A stretch of 64,000 nucleotides of DNA from positions 1,948,161 to 2,012,160 of the forward strand of contig CBDDLH010000016.1 in the NCBI GenBank assembly GCA_965230565.1, read 5' to 3'. Source of the stretch: Saprospiraceae bacterium (lineage in GTDB: Bacteria > Bacteroidota > Bacteroidia > Chitinophagales > Saprospiraceae). Position 1 is the first letter of the stretch; each line of letters opens with the position of its first letter. Below, piece by piece: positions 9,701-21,400 of this stretch. The notes beneath the pieces are model-generated. The model saw only the letters and a list, made by a program, of their open reading frames with translations, was not told where the DNA came from and ran no database searches. A program made the position numbers and the translations under genes.

Positions 9701-9829
9701 CAACTTTTGGGCGGTATCAGTTCCGTAATCATTTTCAATGAATGTAGCAGCGCCAATGGCTATGGCAAAAACGATGATATATAATCCGGCGAAACCGGTA
9801 GAGAACAGCGTGTCAAAAATTTTTTTCAT
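6719..9829 (-). CDS. ccsBA: Cytochrome c biogenesis protein CcsBA (ResB/CcsB N-terminal region fused to the CcsA heme-handling domain), System II
   Basis: The N-terminal part is ResB-like with transmembrane segments. The C-terminal part carries the WWD domain ([24 protein letters not shown]) and conserved His residues of CcsA. The start is set at MKKIFDTLF (ATG at 9827-9829). Confidence 0.8.
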   Translation of the reverse strand: [1036 protein letters not shown]

Positions 9830-9982
9830 TGGTAAAACATTAATTCGGCTAGTCAATTTCCCAATATAGGGCAACAAAAATTGCCTGAATTGTACCTCGG
9901 AATGGTTTCAAAAAACATCCCTTATTTTGAAAAGGCAAATTTAGAACATTTCTAAACAATGACCGAGAAAACCTCAAGGATT

Positions 9983-10918
9983 CTATTTGGGGATTTTTAT
10001 TTTATAAGTCTTGCCGGAAGGGTTTGGAAGGCTTGAAGTTCTGAGCCAGGGATTATATACTTTGAGTATCCGGTAATTGGTCCCGTGTTCAATGGCAAAA
10101 TCTCCAAGGTTTTCAATCGACTTATTAACTTCTACAACCTTATAATTGTCCAATGGTTTGTAATAATCATCCTTTTTGAGATAATAGCCAAATGCGGTAG
10201 GATCCTCCAGTAATTCTTTTAACGCAATAATCCTGAAAAGGTAGCGGGAGGTTTCTTCATTAAGATTCAGGTCGAAATAGGTTTTAGCTCTTTGGGCCTT
10301 AATCTCCCTGGCAAGCCGGGTTTCTCCGAAATTATAAGCTGCCGCAGCCATGGTCCAGGTTCCAAATCTTTTCTTAAGGTCTTTCATCAAATTACAAGCT
10401 GCTCTGGTAGATTTTTCGACATGGTACCTTTCATCGACTTCCAGGCGGACTTCCATTTTATAATGATCTGCATTGCCTTTCATAAATTGCCAGATACCGC
10501 AGGCACCGGCAGGAGATTTGGCATTACGCAGATTACTTTCTGCAACGGCAACATATTTAAAATCTTGCGGCACCCCTTCCTCTTCCAGTATTTTTTCAAT
10601 CACCGGAAAATAACGCGTTGAAGCCTTTAGGTTCAAAAGCGTGCTGGAATGCCAATAAGTATTAACGAGCAACTCGCGTTCTAACCGTTCATAGACATCG
10701 AAATTACCCATAGGCAGTTTTTCTCCTGCAAAGTTGTAAGCGCGCTTTAATTTCATATTCTCAACTACCTGGGGAATGCCTTTTTTCTGTCCACTAACTC
10801 CTGTAAAAGCCTGTGATTGTTTGACTTTCTTAGGAGAATCATTGCATGTGGATACAAATAAGAAGAACATCAGCGTACTTGCCGCCGCCATGATGAGAAT
10901 ACGGGTGGATCGCTTCAT
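9983..10918 (-). CDS. Lytic murein transglycosylase (SLT domain)
   Basis: The SLT motifs ESNLRNAKSPAGACGIWQFM and AAAAYNFGETRL are present. The start is set at MKRSTRILIMAAAS, which also removes the overlap with the upstream gene. Confidence 0.8.
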   Translation of the reverse strand: MKRSTRILIMAAASTLMFFLFVSTCNDSPKKVKQSQAFTGVSGQKKGIPQVVENMKLKRAYNFAGEKLPMGNFDVYERLERELLVNTYWHSSTLLNLKASTRYFPVIEKILEEEGVPQDFKYVAVAESNLRNAKSPAGACGIWQFMKGNADHYKMEVRLEVDERYHVEKSTRAACNLMKDLKKRFGTWTMAAAAYNFGETRLAREIKAQRAKTYFDLNLNEETSRYLFRIIALKELLEDPTAFGYYLKKDDYYKPLDNYKVVEVNKSIENLGDFAIEHGTNYRILKVYNPWLRTSSLPNPSGKTYKIKIPK

Positions 10919-10919
10919 A

Positions 10920-11426
10920 TTATTTTTTCTTAAAAACAGGAACGGTAGAACAAGCCTCTCCAAACATAATGCTTTTGGCAAATGGCCTCAACTTCTTAGT
11001 AATGTCAAGATAAGCAGAAGGAGGAACCGGTTTATTCCCACATCCTTTTATGATTACACGCTCATCCTGATATTGGGACCAGTCAATTGCTTCAAGGGAT
11101 TTGTTCATAGCGTATTTGTAATACTCATCCGGTTTACCTTGAAAAACATCCGCTGCATAGGCAGACAAATTCGAAGCCACCAGCATATAGGCCCATAATG
11201 GAATAATTGCATCTGCTGAGCAGTTTACCAAAACCACCTTGCCTTCATACTGGGTCCAGTCATGTTCCTTCATAGCTATCCTGAAATCTTTCTCCTTCAA
11301 GATCAGTTCCATAAAGAGAAATTCCTTGAGATCAAAATTTACGACCTCTTCATTTGGGAAATGATCCTCGAGATTCAAGGTGATCAATCCACTGTTAGCT
11401 ACTTTATTTACTAAAGGTTTGTCCAT
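10920..11426 (-). CDS. Conserved hypothetical protein (Bacteroidetes DUF2480-like)
   Basis: A 168-aa ORF with a clean start and stop sits in operon position between scpB and the transglycosylase. The family assignment is from memory and is weak. Confidence 0.45.
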   Translation of the reverse strand: MDKPLVNKVANSGLITLNLEDHFPNEEVVNFDLKEFLFMELILKEKDFRIAMKEHDWTQYEGKVVLVNCSADAIIPLWAYMLVASNLSAYAADVFQGKPDEYYKYAMNKSLEAIDWSQYQDERVIIKGCGNKPVPPSAYLDITKKLRPFAKSIMFGEACSTVPVFKKK

Positions 11427-11434
11427 GATGACGG

Positions 11435-11530
11435 TTTCTAGTTACTGGTTGCTGGTTTCTGGTTACTGGTTGCTGGTTGCTGCCCCGACACTCCGTGTAC
11501 GGGATTTCGCTACGCTCAAGTTGCTTGTTG
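11435..11530. repeat. CTGGTTR heptamer array (about 6 copies) joined to a conserved roughly 50-bp hairpin-containing tail
   Basis: The array reads ctagttactggttgctggtttctggttactggttgctggttgctg. The tail ccccgacactccgtgtacgggatttcgctacgctcaagttgct follows. The same tail lies at 45554..45609 with 2 substitutions. Confidence 0.85.
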
Positions 11531-11533
11531 AAA

Positions 11534-12187
11534 TTAATCCAGATCTTCAATATCCGGCTGATCTTGCTTTTCTTTTTCAATCGCTTCTACATCTTCAATA
11601 CTGATCTCTTCCGGAATATTTTCTTCTATGGGAGCCGCTTCACCGATCTGTTGCTCCGGTTCTTTAAAATCTTTGGGTTTGGGCAGGTCATCGATATTCT
11701 TCAGTCCGAAGTAATCCATAAATTTCTGACTTGTCCCGTATAGCAATGGTCTGCCCGGCCCTTCACTTCGGCCCATAATAGAAACAAGTTCTTTCTCTAA
11801 AAGTTTTTGGATGGAATAATCACAGCTGACACCGCGAATGCGTTCCATTTCTCCCTTGGTTACAGGTTGTTTATAGGCAATAATGGCCAGCGTTTCGAGG
11901 GCTGCTCTGGAGAGCCTCCGACGCATGGTTTGTTTGAGATAAATACCTACGGTCTGATGAAAACTTCCTTTGGTCATGAATTGAAAACCGTCAGCGATTT
12001 CAACAATCTCGATAGCAAAATCATCCTGTGCATATCGTTCCTGCAATTGCCCTATGGCCTTCAAAATTTCTTCTTTGGAAAACTTCAAACCAAATGCCTC
12101 CGTCAGGCAATTCCTGATTTCTTTTAAACTGATGGGCGTTTCAGCCGTAAATATCAGACTCTCTATATTTTGTGCCAGATGTTCCAT
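11534..12187 (-). CDS. scpB: Segregation and condensation protein B (ScpB)
   Basis: The protein has the ScpB winged-helix pair (ESLIFTAETPISLKEI...; PVTKGEMERIRGVSCDYSIQKLLEKELVSIMGRSEGPGRPLLYGTS) and an acidic C-terminus. Confidence 0.85.
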   Translation of the reverse strand: MEHLAQNIESLIFTAETPISLKEIRNCLTEAFGLKFSKEEILKAIGQLQERYAQDDFAIEIVEIADGFQFMTKGSFHQTVGIYLKQTMRRRLSRAALETLAIIAYKQPVTKGEMERIRGVSCDYSIQKLLEKELVSIMGRSEGPGRPLLYGTSQKFMDYFGLKNIDDLPKPKDFKEPEQQIGEAAPIEENIPEEISIEDVEAIEKEKQDQPDIEDLD

Positions 12188-12332
12188 TTTGCAAAAGTAA
12201 GCTTAAGATATGGAAAAACAATAACATCCTTTTCTAAAAACATGGAGCTATTTATAAGGGTAAAAAGATTAGCAGGTGTATACCAACTGAAAGTATGATT
12301 CTTTTTAAGTTTGAAACATCAAAACTCAAGCC

Positions 12333-14177
12333 ATGCGAAAATATGCTACTATTTTGACCATTGTCCTCATCCATTTTTCTTCCTTAAGTGCTCAGAATCC
12401 GCAAGTTCAAACGGAATTTGGCCCAATCGAAGGATTACAAAATGATGAAACCCTCGAATTCCTGGGCATTCCCTTTGCCTCTCCTCCAATCGGAGATTTA
12501 CGCTGGAGACCACCGGTTTCTCCTGAACCCTGGACGACACCTATGCTCACCCAGGAATACAGCCCAAAATGTCCGCAAAAAAACTTCTCACAGGGAGATT
12601 CCACAGCAGTGGTTGAAGGCAATGAAGATTGCCTCTATCTGAATATCTGGACCCCTGATACCACCGGAAACGACTTGCCCGTAATGGTCTTCATACATGG
12701 TGGCGGAAATCAACAAGGGTCTGCCTCTGAGTTCTCATTAGGTACTGAGATCTATAATGGCAAAAACCTTAGCCAAAGAGGTAATGTAGTTGTGGTTACG
12801 ATACAATACCGACTCGGCCCGCTGGGATTTTTGGTTCATCCCGGCCTGGAAGCTGAAAACGGAGAAAACACTTCAGGTAATTACGCCGTGATGGATCAGA
12901 TACTGGCGCTGCAATGGGTTCAGAATAATATTGCAAAATTCGGCGGAGATAACTCAAGGGTGATGATCTTTGGAGAAAGTGCCGGAGGAGTCAATGTCGG
13001 CAACCTTTTAACCACTCCTATGGCTTCTGGGTTGTTCCATAGGGCATGTATACAAAGTGCCGGGCCAAACCTTCAAAATTATTCCGATGCTTTGGAAAAT
13101 GGTCTGGCATATGCTGACAGCCTCAATGCCCCGGGAACGGATACAGAGCAAATTGCCTATTTGCGTTCCCTGGACTCTGAAACTTTAATAGCCGGACTTG
13201 AAAGTCCTTTGAATGGTGGTTTTGTTCAATCGGAATGGAAACCAGTTCTCGACAACTATCTCTTTGATGACATACCTATCAATACTTTTCAAAGTGGTGA
13301 ATTCAACAAGGTTCCTTTGATCATAGGCTCAACCGCTGATGAAATGAGCCTTTCGGCACCAGCACTTGTTTCACCCGTTACTGTAGAAATCCTCATCAAC
13401 CTGTATATTCCAGAACCTTTAAGGCCTCTTGCACATGAATTATATCCCAGCGGAAGCAATAATGAGGAAGCCAGAGAATCTTACGTTCAAATACTAACCG
13501 ATGCACAATTTACCAGCCCGGCAAGGAGAACCGCAGGTTGTGTAAGTCAAAATCAGGAAGCTCCGGTTTACAGATATTTCTTTACCCATACCCACGCAGG
13601 ATTCCTGGGAGACTACGGCGCATACCACGGCATCGAGTTATTCTATGGTTTCAATAACTGGGAGAATACCAGTATTGCCATTGGCCCGCTTTATACGGAT
13701 GAAGACGAAAGCGTCCAAAACAAAATGCTGGAGTATTGGGTAAATTTTGCAGCCACCGGAGACCCAAATGGAGAGAATCTCGAATCCTGGCCTGCATATG
13801 ATGCTGCAACGGATTGTTATTTAGAGATCAAAGCAAACCCCGATGGAAGTCAGTGTGGTATCAGAACAGATAAATCAGACCTTTGGGATGCAGTGGTTGG
13901 TTTTATGGGTTGTACTTCTTCCGTTTCTGCTGAAAACATTGAATTCTCTAAAGAACAATGGAATATTTTTCCAAATCCAACCCACGGGCCTTTAACGCTT
14001 GAGTTCGATAAAACACCAGATGTTTATGAAATAATTATTCTGGATGCAATTGGAACAAGCCTGGGCAGATTTTCGAATGTCAAGCAAATTGATCTCACCT
14101 CCTACCCTTCCGGGATTTATTTCATTAGCATAAAAACTCCAGAGGGTATGGACATAAAAAAGATTTTAAAGTTGTAA
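12333..14177 (+). CDS. Secreted type-B carboxylesterase (para-nitrobenzyl-esterase-like) with a T9SS C-terminal sorting domain
   Basis: It has a signal peptide, the EDCLYLNIWTP motif, the catalytic nucleophile elbow GESAGG, and a C-terminal roughly 80-aa Por/T9SS domain (IFPNPTHGPLTLEF...IYFISIKTPEGMDIKKILKL). Confidence 0.85.
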   Translation: MRKYATILTIVLIHFSSLSAQNPQVQTEFGPIEGLQNDETLEFLGIPFASPPIGDLRWRPPVSPEPWTTPMLTQEYSPKCPQKNFSQGDSTAVVEGNEDCLYLNIWTPDTTGNDLPVMVFIHGGGNQQGSASEFSLGTEIYNGKNLSQRGNVVVVTIQYRLGPLGFLVHPGLEAENGENTSGNYAVMDQILALQWVQNNIAKFGGDNSRVMIFGESAGGVNVGNLLTTPMASGLFHRACIQSAGPNLQNYSDALENGLAYADSLNAPGTDTEQIAYLRSLDSETLIAGLESPLNGGFVQSEWKPVLDNYLFDDIPINTFQSGEFNKVPLIIGSTADEMSLSAPALVSPVTVEILINLYIPEPLRPLAHELYPSGSNNEEARESYVQILTDAQFTSPARRTAGCVSQNQEAPVYRYFFTHTHAGFLGDYGAYHGIELFYGFNNWENTSIAIGPLYTDEDESVQNKMLEYWVNFAATGDPNGENLESWPAYDAATDCYLEIKANPDGSQCGIRTDKSDLWDAVVGFMGCTSSVSAENIEFSKEQWNIFPNPTHGPLTLEFDKTPDVYEIIILDAIGTSLGRFSNVKQIDLTSYPSGIYFISIKTPEGMDIKKILKL

Positions 14178-14180
14178 CAT

Positions 14181-14212
14181 AAAAAAGCCTCTTGCACCAA
14201 TATGCAAGAGGC
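14181..14212. terminator. Bidirectional hairpin terminator between convergent genes
   Basis: AAAAAA-GCCTCTTGC-accaatat-GCAAGAGGC is strong when read on the minus strand (hairpin + T6) and weaker on the plus strand. Confidence 0.6.
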
Positions 14213-14257
14213 CTTAATATGCTGTATCTAGCGTTTTAGAAAACGACTAAAAATCAA

Positions 14258-15391
14258 TTAATCCAAACGGACAAATCTTTTATTTAAAGTCGAATTACTG
14301 TTAGACAGTTTCAAATTATAAATTCCTGTAGGCAATTCACTGATATTGAACTGAAGGTCAAGATCTGTTACTTTGTCTATATTTTCCACTCTCACCAGTT
14401 TTCCCTGCTCATTATAAAATTCGATAACCACTGCATCTCCTTCCCACAAACTAGGGAGTTGGATGTTGAGGTCTTTTACAACAGGATTAGGGAAAACGCT
14501 TGCCTCCGGGGACCCTTCACAATCAACTTCAAGGGAAATAACACTTGAATAGGTGAATTCCCCGTTAAAGTCAACTTGCTTCAGACGGTAGTACATGGTT
14601 CCTTTGCTAATATCAGCAGGCAACTCGTCTGTAAAGGAGTAATTTACCTGGGTATTTGAAGTTCCTGCACCTGGAAGTTCCGTTACAGCCACAAAATCTT
14701 CTTTTAAAGAAAATTTGCGCTCGAGGATAAATTTAGCATTATCAATTTCTGACACGGTAGCCCAGTTGAGGTCAACTTTTTTACAGTCATTCATGGTTGC
14801 ACGGAATGAAGACATATTGATCGGCAAGGTTACATCAACACCCAATGAAAAATCAAAAGCATCATTGGTATCATCATTAGCAAATGCCTGCAAGCAAGCA
14901 TTCGCAGAAGGATTCGTATCGATGATTGGAGCGGTCAAAAACATATTTATCTGAGTCATCACATCCGAACATCCATTTGAATTTAATGCTTCAACGTTAA
15001 TGGTAAATGAACCGTTTGCTCCTCCATTTGGAAAAACGAAATCTACATCTGCATTGGAATACCCTTTCAAGGTATTATCCCCTGGGGACCAATACCAATC
15101 AAAAATTCCTTGATCAGTGACATTGGCTATCCCGGAAATTCCATATTCTCCGGAACCAGGAAATGAAATGGTAACACCCCAACTTCCTGCAGGAGCATGA
15201 CCAGCAAGGTCACCTAAATCTGTTAATTCCCATGTAATGGTAACAGCATTGGTTCCACCTTCATTGGTGCAGGCCTCAGATGTGGCGATTGCATCAAGGG
15301 TGACATCAATGTCATCACTCAAACATTGGCTGTAAATACTTTTCCCGGCGAAAAGTAACAACACTATTAAAATTAATTTAAATCTCATCAT
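14258..15391 (-). CDS. Hypothetical secreted protein with a T9SS C-terminal sorting domain
   Basis: It has a signal peptide (MMRFKLILIVLLLFAGKSIYSQ) and a C-terminal SVFPNPVVKDLNIQLP...YNLKLSNSNSTLNKRFVRLD sorting domain. Confidence 0.65.
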   Translation of the reverse strand: MMRFKLILIVLLLFAGKSIYSQCLSDDIDVTLDAIATSEACTNEGGTNAVTITWELTDLGDLAGHAPAGSWGVTISFPGSGEYGISGIANVTDQGIFDWYWSPGDNTLKGYSNADVDFVFPNGGANGSFTINVEALNSNGCSDVMTQINMFLTAPIIDTNPSANACLQAFANDDTNDAFDFSLGVDVTLPINMSSFRATMNDCKKVDLNWATVSEIDNAKFILERKFSLKEDFVAVTELPGAGTSNTQVNYSFTDELPADISKGTMYYRLKQVDFNGEFTYSSVISLEVDCEGSPEASVFPNPVVKDLNIQLPSLWEGDAVVIEFYNEQGKLVRVENIDKVTDLDLQFNISELPTGIYNLKLSNSNSTLNKRFVRLD

Positions 15392-15441
15392 TTTATTTTT
15401 TATGGAGACGGCCACGATGGGCCATCTCCCATTTAAACCAT

Positions 15442-18400
15442 TTAGTTAATGATAAATCCTACAGAAGTCGAATTATTACCCGGGTCAACATCTCCGGCAG
15501 TACCAGTCTGCAGGAATCCACGGATAACCCCTTGTGAGTTAGGAGCTCCAACCGCTGTAAAGTTAATACCTATTACGCTAATTCCTCCATTTCCTGGAAT
15601 AACGACTCCGGCTTTGGATTCAATCAGGTATCCAATTGGAATTGGAGTGATGTTCCAATCATCGTTATTAACCGCTACTCCGCCAAATACATTGGCTGTT
15701 GTAGCCATCGGATCTATCATATTTGTCATTACTGTCTCTGAAGGTACGTTGATTACAAATGAAACAGGTGAATTGGTATCATCATTTCCAATATTCTGGA
15801 TGAGGAATACACCATCTCTCGACTGTCCCTGTGTAAATGAACTACCGTCCATTGCAAAGATAGTTGTCAATTCCGTGAAAGCACATTGCTCTACCTCAAA
15901 TACAACGACTTCAGTTGTAATTGTACCGCATTCATCAATGGTTGCATTCAGGCGAAGGTCAACAGTTCCTCCTACACCTGGCCAGAAACTGGCTGCCGGA
16001 GTAAGGAAGAGTGTGTTTGTATTGTATCCCGCAACACTTGCCGGAACATCCGTCCAGCCTCCGCCATTGTCATACTGCCACTGGAATGTAAAGGTACCGG
16101 CACCATCATTAAATGGTGTGGCTGTGAACGATGCAAGAGCTTCGTCGTGACAAATCGTCTGATCAGCAGGTTGCAGATCCCAACCAGTAGGTCCGTTGAT
16201 ATTCAGTGTGAAGATAGAAGAAGTCAAATCACATCCTCTGTCAAGAATATTAACCCGGACATACATAATATCACCAGGTATGTTTGGCATACCACCACCT
16301 AATTCTAACTCTGTATAATCATCAAATCCACTTTCGATATACGTAGCAAATCCAAGATCATTAAAGTTATCAAACCAGGTAAAACCATCGAAACTGTACA
16401 TCCAGTCATGTACTGCAAGGAAGGTTGGATCAGTATTTACTCTGAAGGTTGTATTACCTCCGTAGCAAATAGTCCTTTCCATACTTGCAGGCACATAGGA
16501 GTTGATCACCACACCAGGACCAATATTGATCAATACATTATCTGAAACCGGTCCACATGCTGTACCAGGATCATTGGTCGTCAATGTCAGTGAAACAATA
16601 GTACCAACTTCTGAAGGATGCGGATCATAAGTAGCATTCAGCGTACTTGGGCTTGGTGAGAAAGATCCCAGACCTCCACTCCATGAAGCACTTGTTGCAG
16701 CGCCGCCGAAGCTACCATCCAGTTGTATAGGTAAATTATCAACACAAATGTCCATATCTTCACCTGCATCCACTGTAGCAGCAGGATCAATGGTCAGTAT
16801 CATATCATCAGAAACAGGATCACATTCAGCACCCTGTGGATCATTGGTAGTCACCGTGAGGGTTACCATACCACTGGAGATATCCATTGGCCCAGGAGTA
16901 TAGATTGCCAAAATCTCGGTCGGATCATCAAATGAACCGTCACCTGAAGTTGTCCAGGTTACTGAAGAGGCAGCTCCACCGTAGAAGGCAGAGGCCATTA
17001 AAGCAATCTCTCCTTCACAAATAGTCTGATCAACACCGGCATAAACTGTTGCTGCAGATTCAACGCCAAACTCTATAGGATCAGAATAAGCAGTAGTACA
17101 TCCTTCCAGTTCAACTTGTAATCTCAGATAAACAGTAGTTCCTACAGTTGGGTAAGCAGCTGAAGCCGCTGTCAACATAAGATTCAATGTAGTTTCACCT
17201 GTGGCACCTGCACCAGGAACATTGAGGAATGGTCCCATTGCAGAATTTTCACTGTACTGCCACTGGTAGACCAGCGTTCCATTTCCACTTGCCGCAACAC
17301 TCGCCATAAAGGATTGAGTTGTTACGGATTCACATACTATTACATCATCAGGTACGGTTATCGCTCCGATATCACCATTTACAAACAACGTAAATGCATC
17401 GGAAGTCGTAGCACATTCACCATTTTCGAGCATAGCTCTGAACTGGTAATTGTGTACTGCCGGAGTAACACCCTCCAGATTCAGCTGAGTAGCAAAGTTT
17501 CCACCCGGAGACGGAGAACTAACACTAAATAAGTTCACACCTGTAAGAGGTGTAGAAACATCATTAACATTAATCCAGCCCGATCCAGCATTATACTGCC
17601 ATTGTACGTTGGTTACAGGTGTAGTACCATGAATCACTCTGAAACTGGTATCATCACCATTACACACTGTACGTGTACCCGCTACACCACCTCCTGGTGT
17701 ATAATCCAATGGTCCGAAATCATCGTTGAAGTATACGAACATCGTATCTCTCACGGTAGGACAAACCATATGAGGATCACTTGTCAGGATCAATCTTCTA
17801 AAACCATTGTTCACATGTCCGTTAGTCGGTGTATAGATCGTTTGAGGATCTCCTGTATTCAGTATTCCGGCACCTGGCGACCAGGTTCCTCCGGTTACTG
17901 CTCCTGTAACAAATCCATTCAGCAGAATAGGATCGTTCTGAGTTCCATCAATACATACATTAACATCAACTCCCGCATCTACATCGATGAATGGGAAAAT
18001 GGTCAGTTCCATATCATCTGAATCTGCAGGGCAGATATTTGGTACAGGGTCATTTGATGTGAAAGTCAAGGTAACCACATAACCTGCAGGTCCTGCAGCC
18101 TGTGCGTTTCCAAGATCACCAGGACCGGGAGTATAAGTAGCTCCAGGGAATCCCGGGTTATCAAAAGTACCGTCACCTGAAGTTGACCAGGTACCACTGG
18201 TTGCACTACCAAATAATAATGCCCCAAGTGTATAAGTCTCTCCTTCACAAATTGCATCGTCTGAACCTGCACTAACCATTGCCGGCACATCAGGAGCAAT
18301 TGACAATTCTACCACATCGGTAGTAACCTGTGAACAAGCGTTAAGGGAAACTCTCATTCTGAGATAAATATTTCCTCCGAGTCCTGGCCACATTGTCCAG

Positions 18401-21400
18401 GTATTGTAAAGTGTCAATGTACCTGTACTAACTCCTTCAGCATCACCCATTACTTCGGTAATCGGCGTCCATCCTGAAATTCCATCCATACTGTACTGCC
18501 AGAGGTAAGTCATAGTACCTTCGCCTCCGTTCATTGCATCAGCCATGAACTGTACAGATTCCGTACTTTCACAAATTCCTGTAATACTTACTGGCTGCTG
18601 TGTAATGGTAACAGGACCATTAACAGTTAAAGTAAATTCATTCGAAATCAATGGAGCACAATTACCATCACTGAAAACTGCGCGGTACATCAATCCATTC
18701 ATTGCATTGGACACAACAGGAATGTTGAGTCTCGTCTCTCCTGGTGTTGAATTATCAACACTATAATCAGGTCCGGAAACCGGCGTCCAGTCTACACCAT
18801 TAGAAGAAGATTCCCAAACAGGTGACTGCATTCCCGGTGAGCTTGTATAATCAACCTGGAAGAATTCTGAATCACCGGCACATTCTGTTCTGGCCAGAGA
18901 TGCAGGGTTATAGGCATCAATTGTCAGCAAATCAATCTGAACAGCGATTGTATCCATCATTGCAGGACAAGCGCCGCCAGGATTATCCGTCGTCAATTTC
19001 AGGTAAATTACCTTTCCGTATTCATCTGTACTTGGCGTATAAGTAGCATCTGCATTAAACAGATCTACTCCTGAAATAGTACCTGGCATGATCATGCTTG
19101 GAGGCATAGTTCCAATCCAGGACCATGTACCTGTAGTTGCACTACCTCCTACAGTTCCGTCAAGCATTACATTCTCTCCGGCACAAATCGTAATATCCTC
19201 TCCGGCATCCACTGTTGGGCCAGGAGTCACATATAATGCGAACATGGAACTTACATTCTCACATGCTCCAAGGTCGAGTGTAACTCTAATGAGATAATCG
19301 TTGTATGAGATTGGAATATCCTCCACCAGAAGTCGTGATGCATGGGTTGAAAAACCGTTAGGTGCAGGAGAACCAATTGTTCCTATACCACCATTATTGA
19401 CATCAGCATCATACCAGCTGGCACCACTATCATCAGAGTATTCCCAGGAAACTGTAGCTGCGGCAGGAACACCGGCAAGCTTACTGGTATAGTCAATTCT
19501 GAACGTTGTATTTGTTCCCTGGCAAACATTTCTGACAAATGTCGCAGGAATATTTTCATTAATTACAAGAGAATCAATATTAACTGTCACCATATCGGAT
19601 GCAGCCGGGCAACCTCCAGGGCCGGCAGGCGTATCTGATTGTAAGGTGAGAGTAACTGAGCCGGCTGCAATTTCTGCAGGAGTTGGCTCATAAGTAGCGT
19701 TAAGTGTCATGGCGTCAGGAGTAAACGTACCTCCACCTGCAGACCACGTACCGGTAGTAACTCCACCTGAAATCATTCCATCCAGGGCAATAACATCACC
19801 TGCACAAATAGGATCGTACATACCAGGATCAACTGTAACTTCTTCATTAACCGAAAGCGTAAATATCGGGCCAGTTTCTGTACATGCACCAGATGTAAGG
19901 ACAGCTCTGAATTGTGCGCCATCCAATTCGGCAGGTGCTGACAAGATATCTAATCTGGTTTGAGTTCCGGTAGTGTTCACACTGTAATCAATAGCCGTTG
20001 GCATTCCATCCACCAAAACCATTGCAGTTGTCACATCTTCAAATCCACCTCCCAGATCTACTTGCCATTCTACATCAGCAGGATCCGGATCCGGATTGGA
20101 AACATAATTCACGCGGAAGAAGGTGCTTCCGGTAAGTTCACAAAATGCTGTAGGGTTCAAATTCGAATTACCGGTTATTCCCAGCGTATCAATTGTCAAA
20201 GCCACAGTATCTCTTGCAACCATACATCCAGTCATACCGGAAGGCGTAGCACTTAACAGTTCAACCTGGATGGTAGAACCATAATCGCTCATATGTGGAG
20301 TGAATACTGCATCCAAATCGGTAACACCTGGAGAGAACGTCCCCATCATTGACCCGTCGATCTGGGACCATGAGCCCATGGAAACAGTTCCTGAAACCAT
20401 TCCAGCCAATTGGAATTGTGGTGCAGGATCATTACAAAGCGATTGATCTTGTCCGGCATCAACAATAGTCATTGGGTAAATGGTAAAGTCAGCGGTATCA
20501 ACTGCCGGCGGACAAACATTATTCGCAGGATCGTTAGTGGTAAATATTAATTTAACCACATGCCCCGAAGCACCTTGGGCCGTTGCGGAAGCCAAATCCA
20601 TTGGCCCCGGGTTATAATTAGTCATGGAAGCATTCGGATCATCGAAAGTACCATCTCCCAATGTAGACCATGAGCCACTTGTTGCGGACCCACCAAACAT
20701 TCCCATTACAGGCATTAAAGGAGTACCTTCACACCATGAGTAAGGACCTCCTGCACTTGAGGTTGGAATCGGATCATCACTGACTTTGAACTTAGCTACA
20801 TCAGAGAATACATTCGGTGGTGTACATTCCGCCAACTGAATTCTTAATCTGTAATAGATACTATCCGGAGCAGGCAGTGGGAAACCGGCATTAAAGACAG
20901 TCAACGCATTGGTTGCGGTACCCTCGGTAACACCAGGGGATTCAGCAACAGGCGACCAACCACCAGTTCCGGTTGAACTTTTCTGCCATTGATAGGTCAG
21001 AGTTCCTGACCCTGGATTATCCACCATCGCTTCAAAAACAACGAAATCAGTAGACTGACATTCGTCAATAATATCCACTGGTTGTGATGTGATAGTGATC
21101 GGGCCATTGACCTGAAGTGAAAATACATCTGAAATAACAGGAGCACAGGCTCCTTCCATAAACACGGTACGGAATAAATAACCATCCATATCCGTAGTTA
21201 CGGTATCAATGGTCAATTTGGTCGTAGCATATGGTACTCCGGGAATTGTATCAATATCGAAAGTCGTTACCGGATTCGTCTCAACAACAGCTAACCAGTT
21301 GCTTCCGTTATCCACAGAATACTGCCATGTAGGCAATAAGGTATCCGGATAACTACGGAAATCCATCAAAAACATTTGATTTAATTCCCCGTGACAAACT

